Shown: positions 1 to 10,305 of the stretch, piece by piece
How positions within the stretch are numbered: position 1 is the first letter of the stretch
Layout of the letters: each line of letters begins with the position of its first letter
DNA from: Candidatus Latescibacterota bacterium
GTDB lineage: Bacteria; Latescibacterota; UBA2968; UBA8231
Direction: 5' to 3'
Length of the DNA: 64,000 nt
NCBI GenBank assembly: GCA_965204725.1
Contig: OZ242005.1
Span: forward strand, 416,001 to 480,000
Position numbers and translations under genes: made by a program
The notes under the pieces: generated by a model
Database searches by the model: none
What the model saw: only the letters and a program-made list of their open reading frames with translations
What the model was told of the DNA's origin: nothing

Positions 1-2
1 AT

Positions 3-1814
3 CTGGCGCGGCGCGCCGATGTTGCGCAGATCGTACGAAATCGTGGTTTGATCGTTGATCCCGTCGCCATTGGGCGTCAGCGTCGCCGGATGGGCCAAGA
101 CCTTCCGCACGAGTTCGCCGCCTACGGGCGTGCGCACCGATAGGGCGTCGCCGGCAAAGCGGAACGTCGAGTTGCCGGGCCGCACTTGCTGCTTGAGCTC
201 GGGCTCGGCGCTGTCGTACACCCAGCCGGTAAATTCCGCGCCAAAGCGCAGCACCTTGGCGTCGAAGACGACCTCAATGCGGCGCTCGTTGTCACGCGGC
301 GCGACAAACGGCTCAAAGCCAATGACGACCCGGTCTTCCTCTATCGTGGGCGGGAAGCGGTCGATGATTTCCCGGCCATCAATCGCGACCGAATGCACGG
401 CTTCGGCCGGGACTTGGGTAAAGATCTCCAGCCGGTCGAAGCCCCGGTCGCCGTCTTCGAGGATGGGCCGCACCACATAGGTAAAGGTCTGCGGCTCAAA
501 GCCCTCGGTCTCAACCGGCCAGATCTCAGCGATCACGCTTTGGGCTGCGGGGTTTTCGGCCAACAGCAGGGCTAGCTCGTCGATGCGCGGCGCTTGGTCC
601 CCGTCTGAAAACATGACCACCTCTAGCTGCAAGTAGCGGCTGGGACCCGGCGAAAGCAGGGGCGTTCCGTCCTCCCAACCCGCAGCCTCTAAGTCGCGCC
701 GGCCGGCCGCAAAGTCGTAGGGCGTCGACCAGAAGCTCCAGTTTTCCACGTCGTAGGTCTTTTGGATCTGGTCGAACCGACCCACTTGGTAGGTCGTGGT
801 GTACTCGTCTTTGGACACCCGTTCAAAACTGCCGGTGCTGCCGATTTTCCAAAACAGATTGGGCTGAGGAGTGGTGCCGGTGCGCGTACGCAACACCAGC
901 CGAGTGCCAGCGGGCACCTCGCCCTGCCAGCGAATTTTGCTCCAAGCCACCGGGCGGCCAAAGTCCAACACGCCGGTGCGATAGGAGGTCTTGGTGACGA
1001 AGCCTTCGCCGTACACCTCCATTTCGGCGATCTCCCAAGTGCGCTCGGGGTTGATCGGGCGAATGGCTACCCAGCGCAAGTCGCGGGTGAGAAAGCGCAA
1101 ATCCACGACGTGGTCGAGGTTTTCGACGTTGCGCTCTAGGATGTCGAATTCCGGGTCGTTGGTCGAGGAGAGCGAGCGGGTGATGTCGTGATACCAGCGC
1201 TTGCCCGGGGCGCGCTCTTGGGGCGAGGACATAAAAGGCGCGGAATTGTCGGCCACGCCGATTTCGTACCAAGCCAAGTAGTTTTCCTCAAAGCCCGGGC
1301 GCGGATAGAAGCGGATGCGGTTGACCGGCATCTCGGCCCCGAGGTTGACGACCGTATTCTTTACGTAGCCGATATTGAGGCCAGCCAATCGCGGCGAAAT
1401 ATCGACCTGCCGCAAGGTCGCCGTGTCTGAGTCGCCGTCGATCATCACTTGCACCTCTTTGGCCGCCTCGCGGGTATAGCCGACCGAGACGCTCGTGTAG
1501 AGGTTGCCGCCGCGCTCGGCCAAGTTCGCGTCCAACGCGAGGTTGACCGACGGATCGATCCATATTGGCCGGATGGCGTTGTCGTCGTAGGCGATCATGG
1601 TATCGGCCCCCGCTTCCTCCGCGCCAACGGCGATGGGCAGCGCACCCAAAACCGCACCTTGGTCGTCAACGAGGTTATACTCGGCCTGCTCATCGGCGAT
1701 CAGCCCCTGCCAAGAAGCCCCGGTCGGCCCGCCGATGTGAAACTCGGCCCGGCCCCAAGCCGCGCTGGCGCAACAAGCGGCGAGCACTCCGTTCAACAAC
1801 ATTCGCTTTAACAT
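3..1814 (-). CDS. Large secreted protein with discoidin-like region and C-terminal TPNGDG/FlgD-Ig-type domain; runs off the left edge
   Basis: Absent from the ORF track (no stop in window). Hand translation from ATG at 1814 (AGAGGAG upstream) gives MLKRMLLNGVLAACCASAAWG (signal peptide)...NLGAEMPVNRIRFYPRP...LSPGPSRYLQL...TLTPNGDGINDQ, the same motifs as 3618-5687 and 10306-13368. Confidence 0.85.
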   Translation of the reverse strand, partial: MLKRMLLNGVLAACCASAAWGRAEFHIGGPTGASWQGLIADEQAEYNLVDDQGAVLGALPIAVGAEEAGADTMIAYDDNAIRPIWIDPSVNLALDANLAERGGNLYTSVSVGYTREAAKEVQVMIDGDSDTATLRQVDISPRLAGLNIGYVKNTVVNLGAEMPVNRIRFYPRPGFEENYLAWYEIGVADNSAPFMSSPQERAPGKRWYHDITRSLSSTNDPEFDILERNVENLDHVVDLRFLTRDLRWVAIRPINPERTWEIAEMEVYGEGFVTKTSYRTGVLDFGRPVAWSKIRWQGEVPAGTRLVLRTRTGTTPQPNLFWKIGSTGSFERVSKDEYTTTYQVGRFDQIQKTYDVENWSFWSTPYDFAAGRRDLEAAGWEDGTPLLSPGPSRYLQLEVVMFSDGDQAPRIDELALLLAENPAAQSVIAEIWPVETEGFEPQTFTYVVRPILEDGDRGFDRLEIFTQVPAEAVHSVAIDGREIIDRFPPTIEEDRVVIGFEPFVAPRDNERRIEVVFDAKVLRFGAEFTGWVYDSAEPELKQQVRPGNSTFRFAGDALSVRTPVGGELVRKVLAHPATLTPNGDGINDQTTISYDLRNIGAPRQ

Positions 1815-1851
1815 AATCGCATTCTCCTCTTTCAATAGTACCTATTGCTAC

Positions 1852-2628
1852 TTACGCCCTAATTCCCGCGGCCTTATACGATCCCGACACATCGGAAACC
1901 ATCTCGAAATCAAAGCCGAGTTGGCCGATCTGTTGCTTCAACCTGTTGTCGGCAGCCGCAAAGTAGTCTTTGTCAATTTCAACACCCATAAACTCCCTTC
2001 CTAGATTTAACGCAGCAACTCCTGTTGAACCCACTCCCATGAATGGGTCGAATACGAGGTCGTCGGGTTTTGATGCTAGTTGTATGATGTGTTCCAAAAC
2101 CTTCACGGGCTTCTGCGTCGGATGTTTGGGATTTTTTAAGCGCTCGGCTCCCATACAGATAGGTGTTTCAATGAAGTTGTGCATTTCGTTTTGCTTAGTA
2201 AAATTCCAAGTATGGTTTTTGTTCCACATGCAGACAATCAGTTCGCAACTGTTGAGGAAGCCGGCACGTCGAACCTTCGGTGGCGGATTGGTCTTATGCC
2301 AGACCATGAATTGAAACGTGTTGAACTCAGGATCAAACGCTTCGTGCCATTTGCCGAGTAGATTGTAACTCGTGAAGGCAAAAATGTTTCCCGTAGGTGC
2401 TAGTATTCGCTTGAATTCTTCAACCCAATCGCTCGGTACAAATTCTTTTTTATCCCATTGCGCCAAGTCGTTGTTAAAATCCTCGCGCCAAGAAAATTTT
2501 ATGTTCCCAGTAGAGTAAGGACTCAAATTATAGGGCGGATCGGTCAGTATCAAATCTACGGAGTTATCGGGAATGTATTTGATATAATCGTAACTGTCCG
2601 CCCAATGGGTCCAACAATTCTTTTTCAC
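1852..2628 (-). CDS. Site-specific DNA amino-methyltransferase (N4-C/N6-A, beta class)
   Basis: LTDPPY precedes HPTQKP and DPFMGVGSTG (beta motif order); lower GC than flanks. Confidence 0.93.
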   Translation of the reverse strand: MKKNCWTHWADSYDYIKYIPDNSVDLILTDPPYNLSPYSTGNIKFSWREDFNNDLAQWDKKEFVPSDWVEEFKRILAPTGNIFAFTSYNLLGKWHEAFDPEFNTFQFMVWHKTNPPPKVRRAGFLNSCELIVCMWNKNHTWNFTKQNEMHNFIETPICMGAERLKNPKHPTQKPVKVLEHIIQLASKPDDLVFDPFMGVGSTGVAALNLGREFMGVEIDKDYFAAADNRLKQQIGQLGFDFEMVSDVSGSYKAAGIRA

Positions 2629-3440
2629 GGATGACCTCCTAGATAGGTGTTCTTGATGGAGTCCAACGCCTTGCTAATGTGAGATGCGCTGGAGCGATAC
2701 GCTTCCACAACCCAATCGTACCCTGAGCAATCTTGACAAATGAAGTTCCAAAAATCTCGTCCAATCAATAATTCATCGTCTGCGAAGAATTGTCGCACAC
2801 GCTGTTGTTGCCAAGGCTTTCCCTCACCAAATCGGTTATAGGCGGTAGCAAAAAATACTTGTATTTTATAGTCAGATGGCAGTGTGTTAGAAAGGATCGA
2901 AAACTGCTCTAGAATGGCCTCTTTCTCTGACCGAGCTTTCTTGTTGTCCAAATCACCGCCAATTTTTAACTCAATGAGGTAATGACTGTTTGTTTCGGTA
3001 TCAATCAGATAATAGTCTGAGCTGTGTCGTCTTGTATTCTGTGCGACAACATCTGAATTTCTTAGAACTTGGTAGTCTCGGACGCTAGGCGTCCTTTCCC
3101 GGCTCTTGTACAATTCCAAGAGTTTGGCGATTATTCTGGTCTGATCATCACTGAGCGGTCCTTCTACATTTCGACTAACTTCAAAAGAAAATTTGGCTAT
3201 GCTTATCGCTAGATCCTCAATCATGTTTCCAAGTGAACTATCTAAGGAACGGACGAGCGAAGCATAATACTGAATATCTGTACCGAGTGCCTCAATGAAT
3301 ACATTATGAACTTTCATGTTGATAACGCCGTTTGGATCATCAACCTCGCTTTCGTGGCGGCACCTAAAGCCTGTGGCGTAGTTTTTGACCGCCGATTCGA
3401 CTAATACTTGGATTGCCTTCTTTTTTGTAATGTTTTCCAT
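2625..3440 (-). CDS. Type II restriction endonuclease, TdeIII-like PD-(D/E)xK
   Basis: RSLDSSLG, D...IELKIGGDLDNKKA, FATAYN, LIGRDFWNFIC; 4-bp overlap with the MTase. Start placed at MENITKKK (3440) because the longer ORF reads through a MITE. Confidence 0.78.
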   Translation of the reverse strand: MENITKKKAIQVLVESAVKNYATGFRCRHESEVDDPNGVINMKVHNVFIEALGTDIQYYASLVRSLDSSLGNMIEDLAISIAKFSFEVSRNVEGPLSDDQTRIIAKLLELYKSRERTPSVRDYQVLRNSDVVAQNTRRHSSDYYLIDTETNSHYLIELKIGGDLDNKKARSEKEAILEQFSILSNTLPSDYKIQVFFATAYNRFGEGKPWQQQRVRQFFADDELLIGRDFWNFICQDCSGYDWVVEAYRSSASHISKALDSIKNTYLGGHP

Positions 3441-3461
3441 GACATCGATCCAAATCATTAA

Positions 3462-3596
3462 GAGGCTGTCTGAAAACTCTGGTGGTCGTCCTTTGCGTCT
3501 AAACGATCCCGTCTGGATTCCCGCTTTCGCGGGAATGACGGATCCTGTCTCTACGGCGTGTTCAACAGGACCCAAGGTGGGTCTTCAGACAGCCTC
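3462..3596. mobile_element. 135-bp MITE with 13-bp terminal inverted repeats and TAA target duplication (IS5-family/IS1031-group-like ends)
   Basis: TAA|GAGGCTGTCTGAA ... TTCAGACAGCCTC|TAA; internal palindrome GGATTCCCGCTTTCGCGGGAATGAC. Confidence 0.85.
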
Positions 3597-3617
3597 TAAA
3601 GAGATTTACCCATAAAG

Positions 3618-5687
3618 CTAATAGGCCACGCCGACGGTGCGCGTACTCGCGCTGGCCCTCGCATCGCCTTCGATATTGAGTTGGACTAGATAGAGGCCCG
3701 GGGCCACGTTCTCGCCCCGATTGTCGGTCCCGTCCCACCGCAGTTGAGGCAGGTCTTCCGAGCCATACACGCCGCTCTGCCCTTCGATGTTGAAGAGGCG
3801 GCGCACCCGGCGGCCCCCTAAGTCGTATATGTCAACCGCAATTTGGGCCCCCCCGCCGACGGCGAGGACCTCGCACTCCATGTCCAAGACGTCGTTGACG
3901 CCGTCGCCATTGGGCGTGATAACGGGCGCGGCGAGGTCAAAGCTGCCCACGAGGCTGCCGCTGTTGACGGCCGGGCTTAAGACGATAGTCCCCGACTTAA
4001 ACGAGATGTCTCCTTCGTCTAGCGCGGTGGCGTCGCCCGCTTGGACGCCCTGAAAGGCGTCTTCCTGCAACAGCAATCCCCGGCCCTCAAAGGCCGTGCT
4101 GTACGAGAGGATGCGGCTGACGAAGTGGATCTTCAACACGGTGTTGTGCGCCGCCACTCGCGGGAAGCGCACCGCAAAGCTATGCTCCGCGATTTCGGTG
4201 ATCGCCACGTCGCCCTCGTCGGCAACCGCGTCTTGCACGGCAAAGTCGTGCGCTAGGACGAACTCGCCCTGCGCGTCAATGATTTCAATGCGCTCAATGC
4301 GATCGATGCGGCTGCCGGTGACCAACTCAAACCCGTCAAAGCCCTGCAAATCCCCGCTCTCCATCTCAGCGCGCACGGCATAGACAAAGGGAATATCCGC
4401 GGCCGCGAGCACCTCGCGCGGAAAGACTTCGCCGACGAGCGCATCGGCCAACGGCGGCGTTGTGAAGTCAAAGGAAAACTGCCGCAGGATTTTGGCCGCC
4501 TCTAGGTCGTCGGACAGAAAGTCAACCCGGAACTGAAAGTAGCGGCGCGGCCCGGGCGAGAGCACCAACGCGCCCTCGCGGCTGGTGCCCGCGGCTGGAT
4601 TATAGGGCGACGTCCACGGGCTCCAATGGGCCAAATCGTCGCGCACCGCGCCGCGTTCCCACACATCGCTGGGGCCGCCCCGCGCCGGCAGGTCGAGGTA
4701 CTCGTCGCGCAAGAGCGGCTCGTCGAGGTTATCGACCGAGAGCGCGATCTCCTCGGCGTCTTGACGCCCCACGCGCTTGCGCGTATAGGCAAAGGGCGAC
4801 GGGTCGCGGCCGCTGCGGGTGCGGATGTGCATCTGCACGGCGCTCGCCTGCCCAACCGTCTCCTCCAGCCAGCGCAAGCGCCCCCAGTTGGCCGGAGTGC
4901 CCATGTCGATGATCGGGGAAATGTACTGCACGGTGGGGAAAAACCCCTCGCCAAAGACTTGGAATTTCTCCACTTCAAAGGGGATGGCCGAGGCGGCGCG
5001 CAGGCGGATGAAGCGCAAAAAGCGCGGCGGGTTGATCGCTATGACAGAGACCGGGTCGGTGTTGTTGGTCCGCACCGCAAAGGTCTCCCAGATCGGGTTG
5101 CCGGCCTCGGTCAACACTTGGCCATCGTTGACATGGACCTCGAAGTTTTTGAGAAAATCTTCCTGAAAGGGCGTCGAGGGCGACGGAAAGACCGTATTGC
5201 GCGGGAAGAAGCGAATCTGGTTGACGCCAAAGCGCGCCCCCAAATCCAGCACCAGCAACGTGCCGTGGACATCGCGCCCCTTGCGCTCAAAGGCGATGCC
5301 CGTGGGATCGGGCGACACGATCTGCGCGAGGATGTTTTGTAGCTGGGACTCAGGGAGGTCGAAAACGGTCGGAGCGCGGATGCTGCCGCCGCGCTCGGCG
5401 ATTTCAGCGGCGAGGTTCTGGCCCTCTTGGACGCGGCGAGGCAGGATGCTAGCGGGAAAATCCGCGTTGGCAAAATCGACGAGATTAACCGGCGCGACGC
5501 CGAGCTCGGTGATGTTGGGATCCAACGTGGAGCGGTACTCCGGCTCAATGGTTTGCACGGCGGCCCCGGCCTCCACCGCCCCCTCCCAGCTAATCTGGCC
5601 GTCCTGGCCGATGGTCAATTGTTGACGCCCTTGCGAGTCGCCGCTGTGCAAAAGCACCATCACCCCGATCAGAGCAAGTACTTTCAT
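3618..5687 (-). CDS. Secreted protein with discoidin-like region and C-terminal TPNGDG/FlgD-Ig-type domain
   Basis: 689 aa; signal peptide; DLGARFGVNQIRFFPR, RTRSG, SPGPRRYFQ, ITPNGDGVND, WDGTDNRGENVAPGLY; ends VGVAY. Confidence 0.85.
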   Translation of the reverse strand: MKVLALIGVMVLLHSGDSQGRQQLTIGQDGQISWEGAVEAGAAVQTIEPEYRSTLDPNITELGVAPVNLVDFANADFPASILPRRVQEGQNLAAEIAERGGSIRAPTVFDLPESQLQNILAQIVSPDPTGIAFERKGRDVHGTLLVLDLGARFGVNQIRFFPRNTVFPSPSTPFQEDFLKNFEVHVNDGQVLTEAGNPIWETFAVRTNNTDPVSVIAINPPRFLRFIRLRAASAIPFEVEKFQVFGEGFFPTVQYISPIIDMGTPANWGRLRWLEETVGQASAVQMHIRTRSGRDPSPFAYTRKRVGRQDAEEIALSVDNLDEPLLRDEYLDLPARGGPSDVWERGAVRDDLAHWSPWTSPYNPAAGTSREGALVLSPGPRRYFQFRVDFLSDDLEAAKILRQFSFDFTTPPLADALVGEVFPREVLAAADIPFVYAVRAEMESGDLQGFDGFELVTGSRIDRIERIEIIDAQGEFVLAHDFAVQDAVADEGDVAITEIAEHSFAVRFPRVAAHNTVLKIHFVSRILSYSTAFEGRGLLLQEDAFQGVQAGDATALDEGDISFKSGTIVLSPAVNSGSLVGSFDLAAPVITPNGDGVNDVLDMECEVLAVGGGAQIAVDIYDLGGRRVRRLFNIEGQSGVYGSEDLPQLRWDGTDNRGENVAPGLYLVQLNIEGDARASASTRTVGVAY

Positions 5688-7624
5688 AAGTTTTCCCCGA
5701 GAATTTTTTTCGCCAGAGCCTTCTGCTCGGCCTCGACCCGCTGCTGGAGTTGGGCGCGCCGCCTTTCCCGCTGATAGCGCTCCTCGGCGGCCCGCGCTTC
5801 AGCGGTCTGTCCCAACTCGCGATACGCCCGGCTCAAGTGGCCTTGGACCCGCCAGTCGTGCGGCGCGAGTTCGGCGAGGCGTAGCCAATGGGTTAGGGCC
5901 TCGCCGGGCCGCCCCTGCGCTAAGAGCACCTCCCCGAGCAGCAGCAACCCCGTGCGATGGTCTGGCGTGTGCGCCAAGGCTTGCACTAGCAGCGGCTCGG
6001 CCGCCGCGAGCTGGCCGTTGTGCCGCAAGAGCGCGGCCGCTTCCACCCGCGCCTCAACGCCATAAGCCGGGCTGTCCAAGAGCTGGCGATAGGTGCGCTC
6101 GGCGTCGGCGGCCCGGCCGGTCGCCGCGTACGCACGCGCCAGTTGGTAGCGCACCCGACTGCTATCCGGGCGCGACGCAAGCAGCCGCCGGTAAGATTGC
6201 ACGGCCTCGTCGCGGGCACCGCTGGTCAGTTGCGCGTCCCCCAAGCGTCCGAGCAAAGCCTCCTGCCCGCCCGCGACGAGCTCTTGGTAGATCGGGCGGG
6301 CTTGCTGGGGCCGGCCCAGCACCATGTAGCGGTCGCCGAGGGCGCGTTGCCCGCGCTCATCGGTCGGCCAGCGCGCGACATACTGCCGACTAATCCCCAA
6401 GGCGCGCTCGGGTTTGCCGCTGGCGTCGTACAGCCCCGCCAAGGCCCAATACACATCCTGATCGGGGCTGCCCGCGGTCACGGCCTGTTCGTACGCGGCA
6501 ATCGCCGTGGCCGTCATGCCCAACGCCCGATAGGCATGCCCCAAAGAGCGGTGCTGCGCCGCTTGCGCCGCCCGGTCCATAACGGGCGTACTAGCGTTGA
6601 CCCAAGCTGCGACGAGGACCAAGCCCGCCACGGCGACCCCACGCCTCGCCCAAGACAACGGCACCAGTTGCCCGGCCCCGCGCACGGCAAAGAGCAAGAG
6701 CGCGGGGACCAGCACCATGCGCGTCTCGGCCTGAGCACCGTAGAGCACCGTCCCGAGCGCACCGGTGGCGACCAACAGCAACGCGAGCACCATACCCCGC
6801 TCTCGGGCCGCCAAGGCCAGCACCACGCCCAAGAGCGCGAGCGGCAGCACCACGCCAAAGGGAAACGCAAGGCCCCATTTCCACAACAGGGCCGCCAAGA
6901 CGGCTGAATCGCCCCGCCCGTGGTACATATCCAGCGCGGGCAAGTGTTCCCCACCGCGCACGAGGAGGTCGGGCGAGCCGCCCGCATGGGTCGCCACCCC
7001 GAGAAAATGCCCCAACGCCAGCGCACCAGCCGTTCCCAAGGCACAGGCCCAACCCGCCCGTTGCCGGCCGCCGACCCACAGCCACCCCAACGCGACCGGC
7101 GCGAAGAGCGCGACCTGCGGTGCAGCCAGCAAGCAGAGCATCAGCAAAAGCCCCACCCCTAACGACGCTTTCCCACCGCCTTGCTGGTCGACCCACAACA
7201 GCGTCGCCCACAGCGCGAGCACCAGAAACACCGCGATGACCGGAGGCAATAAAGCCCCGGTGAAATAGATGGCCGGCCCGTACAGGGCCATGCCCACCGC
7301 GGCGATGAGGCCCGTGCCCGGCCCCCAAAGCGCACGGCCGATTAGGGCCACGAGCACGCAACTCGCCGCGCCTAGCAGGACTTGGACGTATCGGGGCGCC
7401 AGCCCAGCGGCGACGAGGCCGCGCAAAAAGAGCGGGTACAAGGGGCTGGCAACCGCTGCGCCGTGCTCCCCCCGAGCGGCTTCGATATAGGGCTGGCTCG
7501 CCGCGGTCGGCACTTCCCAGAAGGGGGTTTGCTCGACCTCGCTTAGATAGGTCAGGCGCGGCCAAAGGGCCATGAACGCGATGCCGATGACGGCTGCGCC
7601 GAAGTTGTCGTCGCGCCAAATCAC
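5684..7624 (-). CDS. Polytopic membrane protein (ArnT/PMT-like GT-C fold) with C-terminal TPRs
   Basis: 646 aa; hydrophobic N-half with PLYPLFL and YGPAIYF; C-half helical TPR-like repeats. Confidence 0.72.
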   Translation of the reverse strand: MIWRDDNFGAAVIGIAFMALWPRLTYLSEVEQTPFWEVPTAASQPYIEAARGEHGAAVASPLYPLFLRGLVAAGLAPRYVQVLLGAASCVLVALIGRALWGPGTGLIAAVGMALYGPAIYFTGALLPPVIAVFLVLALWATLLWVDQQGGGKASLGVGLLLMLCLLAAPQVALFAPVALGWLWVGGRQRAGWACALGTAGALALGHFLGVATHAGGSPDLLVRGGEHLPALDMYHGRGDSAVLAALLWKWGLAFPFGVVLPLALLGVVLALAARERGMVLALLLVATGALGTVLYGAQAETRMVLVPALLLFAVRGAGQLVPLSWARRGVAVAGLVLVAAWVNASTPVMDRAAQAAQHRSLGHAYRALGMTATAIAAYEQAVTAGSPDQDVYWALAGLYDASGKPERALGISRQYVARWPTDERGQRALGDRYMVLGRPQQARPIYQELVAGGQEALLGRLGDAQLTSGARDEAVQSYRRLLASRPDSSRVRYQLARAYAATGRAADAERTYRQLLDSPAYGVEARVEAAALLRHNGQLAAAEPLLVQALAHTPDHRTGLLLLGEVLLAQGRPGEALTHWLRLAELAPHDWRVQGHLSRAYRELGQTAEARAAEERYQRERRRAQLQQRVEAEQKALAKKILGENL

Positions 7625-7627
7625 GCG

Positions 7628-10288
7628 CTATTCCAATCCTGCGTAGATCGTTATAAAGGTCTGACTCGTGTACCGCGCCTTGGCCTCTTTGAAGGCTTCG
7701 CGCTCAATGCGCACCCCGGCTAGGGCGTGGAGGCTGTACCCCAAGTACTGAGACTGATTGGTAAACTGAACCGCGCCGGTAATGGCGTTGAAATCATTGG
7801 CATCGTCGTCAAAGTCGTTAAAAATCAGGTACTCGACGCCCGCTTGGAGCCGAGTGGCTCTGAGGAGGCGCGTTTCGACGACCGCGGAAAAAAGCTCGTT
7901 CAGACTCGTGGAATGATCTAGGGTGAACAGGCCGCGCGACTGCTGGCGGAACTCGCTCTTCCAGCGCGGCTCCAAACTCAGCCGGCCCAAGGCATAGCGA
8001 TAGCTGGCCTTGTTGATCACCCCAAAGAAGAAGTCCTGCTCGTCGAGCGCTAGGGCCTGCCGACGGGCCTTGCTCATGAGTTGACGGAAGCGCACGTAGT
8101 TGACTTTGGTCTGTACGCGATAGGAGGCCGACTGCAAATTGTGCCCCACAAACAACTGGTTGATCCAAGTGTCGCGGGCCAACAAGGGGTCTTCGACCTT
8201 GTCCAACTCGCCGCCGCGCAAGGTATTGTCCGGCGCCCACTGCAACAGGGGATTGGGGATGTCGTCCGCGGCCAATTTGCTCATTTCAAACACGCGCAAC
8301 CGCCCAAAGCGCGGGGAGTCAACGTCGTACGTCACGAGGGCGTAGGTGCTGTTGTTTTGCTGGTTTGACGAGATGAGTTCCTCGCGCAACGCACCGACCA
8401 TCACTTTGAGTTGCGGCGTCAGATCGACCCCGCCGTACACATTGTACCCGCGGTGGTCGCGGCGGTAGGGATAATCGGGTTCTTCGTCGTTTTCGTATTG
8501 GTCGACCCAGAAGTTGTTGTTCATGTCCATCCCGAAGAGGAACTCCGGGCGGTCGGAGTGGAAGCGGAGGAAAGGCTCTTCGTAGTCGGGCACGGCGTTG
8601 GAGCGCACGAAGTTGTCGTTTTGGTTGATGTCGGGCACGAAGTCGTTGTTTTGGTCCCAACCTGGGAAGACCTGCGAGTCGCCCTGTAGCCAGTCGAAGC
8701 GCACCGTGTCGGGGAAGCGGTCTTGGTCGTCGTTGTCTTCGACGAGCTCGACGATGCCCTCGCGCTCACTGTCGTAGTTGATCTCGCCCGTGCCCGTGGT
8801 GACAAAAGTCCGCGTGTTGTAGAGCGGATCCATGCTGTACGCCTCGCCAAAGGCAAAGAAGGGAGCGGCCTTTTTGGACGCATTCACCATCCACGCCGGC
8901 GCCCGGCGGCGACTGCCGATGCCGGAGGCCGTGTGGTGCTCGTCGCGCAGGACGTTGGGATACTTGCGGTAGCTCATGCTCAGGTCGTATTCGGCATACA
9001 GGTCAAAGCCCTTGTAGTCGCGCAACTCAAGGCTGCCGCCGAAGATGTGGGTCGCGGTCGGCAGGCCGTACTCAAAGCGGACGGTCTGCAAATTGGTGAT
9101 GTCTTGCACGTTGCCCTCGGCTTGGGCGACGAGCAAGAGCACGGCCTCCCCGTCGCGGTTGACTTGGCGGTCGGAGGTCATCCACACTTGGTAGTCGTTG
9201 CCGAGCACGAGCCGGAATTCGACTTTGACGATGTCCTCTTTGGGAAACGAGGCCCGATCGACAAAGGCCGGGCTGTCAAAGTCGTAGCTCAGGCGTATTT
9301 CCTCGGGGCCGTTGGCGGCGATATAGCCCTGCTGGACGAAACCCCCCTCGATAACCGGCTCAAACTGAATGTCTTTGCCGACATCAACCGTGCCGTCCTC
9401 GTAGGTAATCAGGATGTCGGAACCCGCCTCAAAAAAGGCGGCACCGCCCGTTTCGTCGCCGGGAGAATCGTCGCGCAGGACGATCTGAATCAGGGACACG
9501 GTCTTGTTTTGGGCCACGGTCAAGGCACCGGAAAACGGGTTGCCCACGAGCCGATCCGAAAGCGTGTTCGACTGGTGGGCGTTGACCGCATGTAGGCCCA
9601 ACTGCAAGGCGTCGCTGAGTTGGAACGCGAAGCGCCCGCCAAAGAGCGTGGTGTTGTTGGTGCGGAGTACCTCTTGGTCTTCGGTCGTCGAGCCGCCCGG
9701 ATTGCTCAAGCGCGAGTAGATGAGCGTCCCTTCGTAGCGGTCGGTGGCGAGGTCGAACTGCACGCCGTCCATGCGCGGCTTGGAAAAGACCATCGGCGAG
9801 ATCACCGAGCGCATCTGCGCGCTCGTCGTCAAGGTGTAGAAGTATTGGCCCTTGGCGTCTGAGGCGATGACCACGTCGGAAAACCACTGTTGGAAGCGGT
9901 TGGACTTGAGCAGCGAGTTGCCGAACTGCTGGGGCTTGCTCTGGGAGTTGTTGAAAATTAGCCAGCCTCGGGTGAGAAAATTGCCGTACAGGTCGTAAAA
10001 GTAGTCGCCTTCAAGGCTAATATCGACGTAGCGCTGGTAGGGGTTGCGGGCGTAGTTGGTGTACTGCCACTGACGCCACTGGTACTCCTTATAAAGCTCC
10101 TGCGGCACGTACCAGCGGCGCACCGCCGGATCGAGGACGCCGAGCATGACGGCCGGCCCTTGGGGCGAAAACGAGGTCTCGTCGCCCTGTTGCAGCCCGA
10201 GGCGCGTGCTGTAATCGACTTGGCCGACCACCTCTTGGGCGACGGCGACGACGAGTAGCAAAACGACGCTTGTTCTAATCGTGTCCAT
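7628..10288 (-). CDS. Exported, probably outer-membrane protein with D/N-rich putative Ca-binding loops
   Basis: 886 aa; signal peptide; EDNDDQDRFPD, DQNNDFVPD, DMNNNFWVD; alternating beta-strand pattern toward the C-terminus. Confidence 0.6.
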   Translation of the reverse strand: MDTIRTSVVLLLVVAVAQEVVGQVDYSTRLGLQQGDETSFSPQGPAVMLGVLDPAVRRWYVPQELYKEYQWRQWQYTNYARNPYQRYVDISLEGDYFYDLYGNFLTRGWLIFNNSQSKPQQFGNSLLKSNRFQQWFSDVVIASDAKGQYFYTLTTSAQMRSVISPMVFSKPRMDGVQFDLATDRYEGTLIYSRLSNPGGSTTEDQEVLRTNNTTLFGGRFAFQLSDALQLGLHAVNAHQSNTLSDRLVGNPFSGALTVAQNKTVSLIQIVLRDDSPGDETGGAAFFEAGSDILITYEDGTVDVGKDIQFEPVIEGGFVQQGYIAANGPEEIRLSYDFDSPAFVDRASFPKEDIVKVEFRLVLGNDYQVWMTSDRQVNRDGEAVLLLVAQAEGNVQDITNLQTVRFEYGLPTATHIFGGSLELRDYKGFDLYAEYDLSMSYRKYPNVLRDEHHTASGIGSRRRAPAWMVNASKKAAPFFAFGEAYSMDPLYNTRTFVTTGTGEINYDSEREGIVELVEDNDDQDRFPDTVRFDWLQGDSQVFPGWDQNNDFVPDINQNDNFVRSNAVPDYEEPFLRFHSDRPEFLFGMDMNNNFWVDQYENDEEPDYPYRRDHRGYNVYGGVDLTPQLKVMVGALREELISSNQQNNSTYALVTYDVDSPRFGRLRVFEMSKLAADDIPNPLLQWAPDNTLRGGELDKVEDPLLARDTWINQLFVGHNLQSASYRVQTKVNYVRFRQLMSKARRQALALDEQDFFFGVINKASYRYALGRLSLEPRWKSEFRQQSRGLFTLDHSTSLNELFSAVVETRLLRATRLQAGVEYLIFNDFDDDANDFNAITGAVQFTNQSQYLGYSLHALAGVRIEREAFKEAKARYTSQTFITIYAGLE

Positions 10289-10305
10289 GGTGCTCTTTTC
10301 GCCCC

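Noticed and set aside
3441-3575. N-terminal ORF extensions such as VIPAKAGIQ, also CHTERSE at 33204 and MTPHKQ at 59504
   Set aside because: They are translations of repeat elements rather than conserved protein sequence
3462-3596. Resemblance to the Neisseria DNA uptake sequence (GCCGTCTGAA) and dRS3 (ATTCCCN8GGGAAT)
   Set aside because: The DUS-like word appears only as MITE ends rather than at uptake-sequence density; the dRS3-like core is treated as a generic palindrome family
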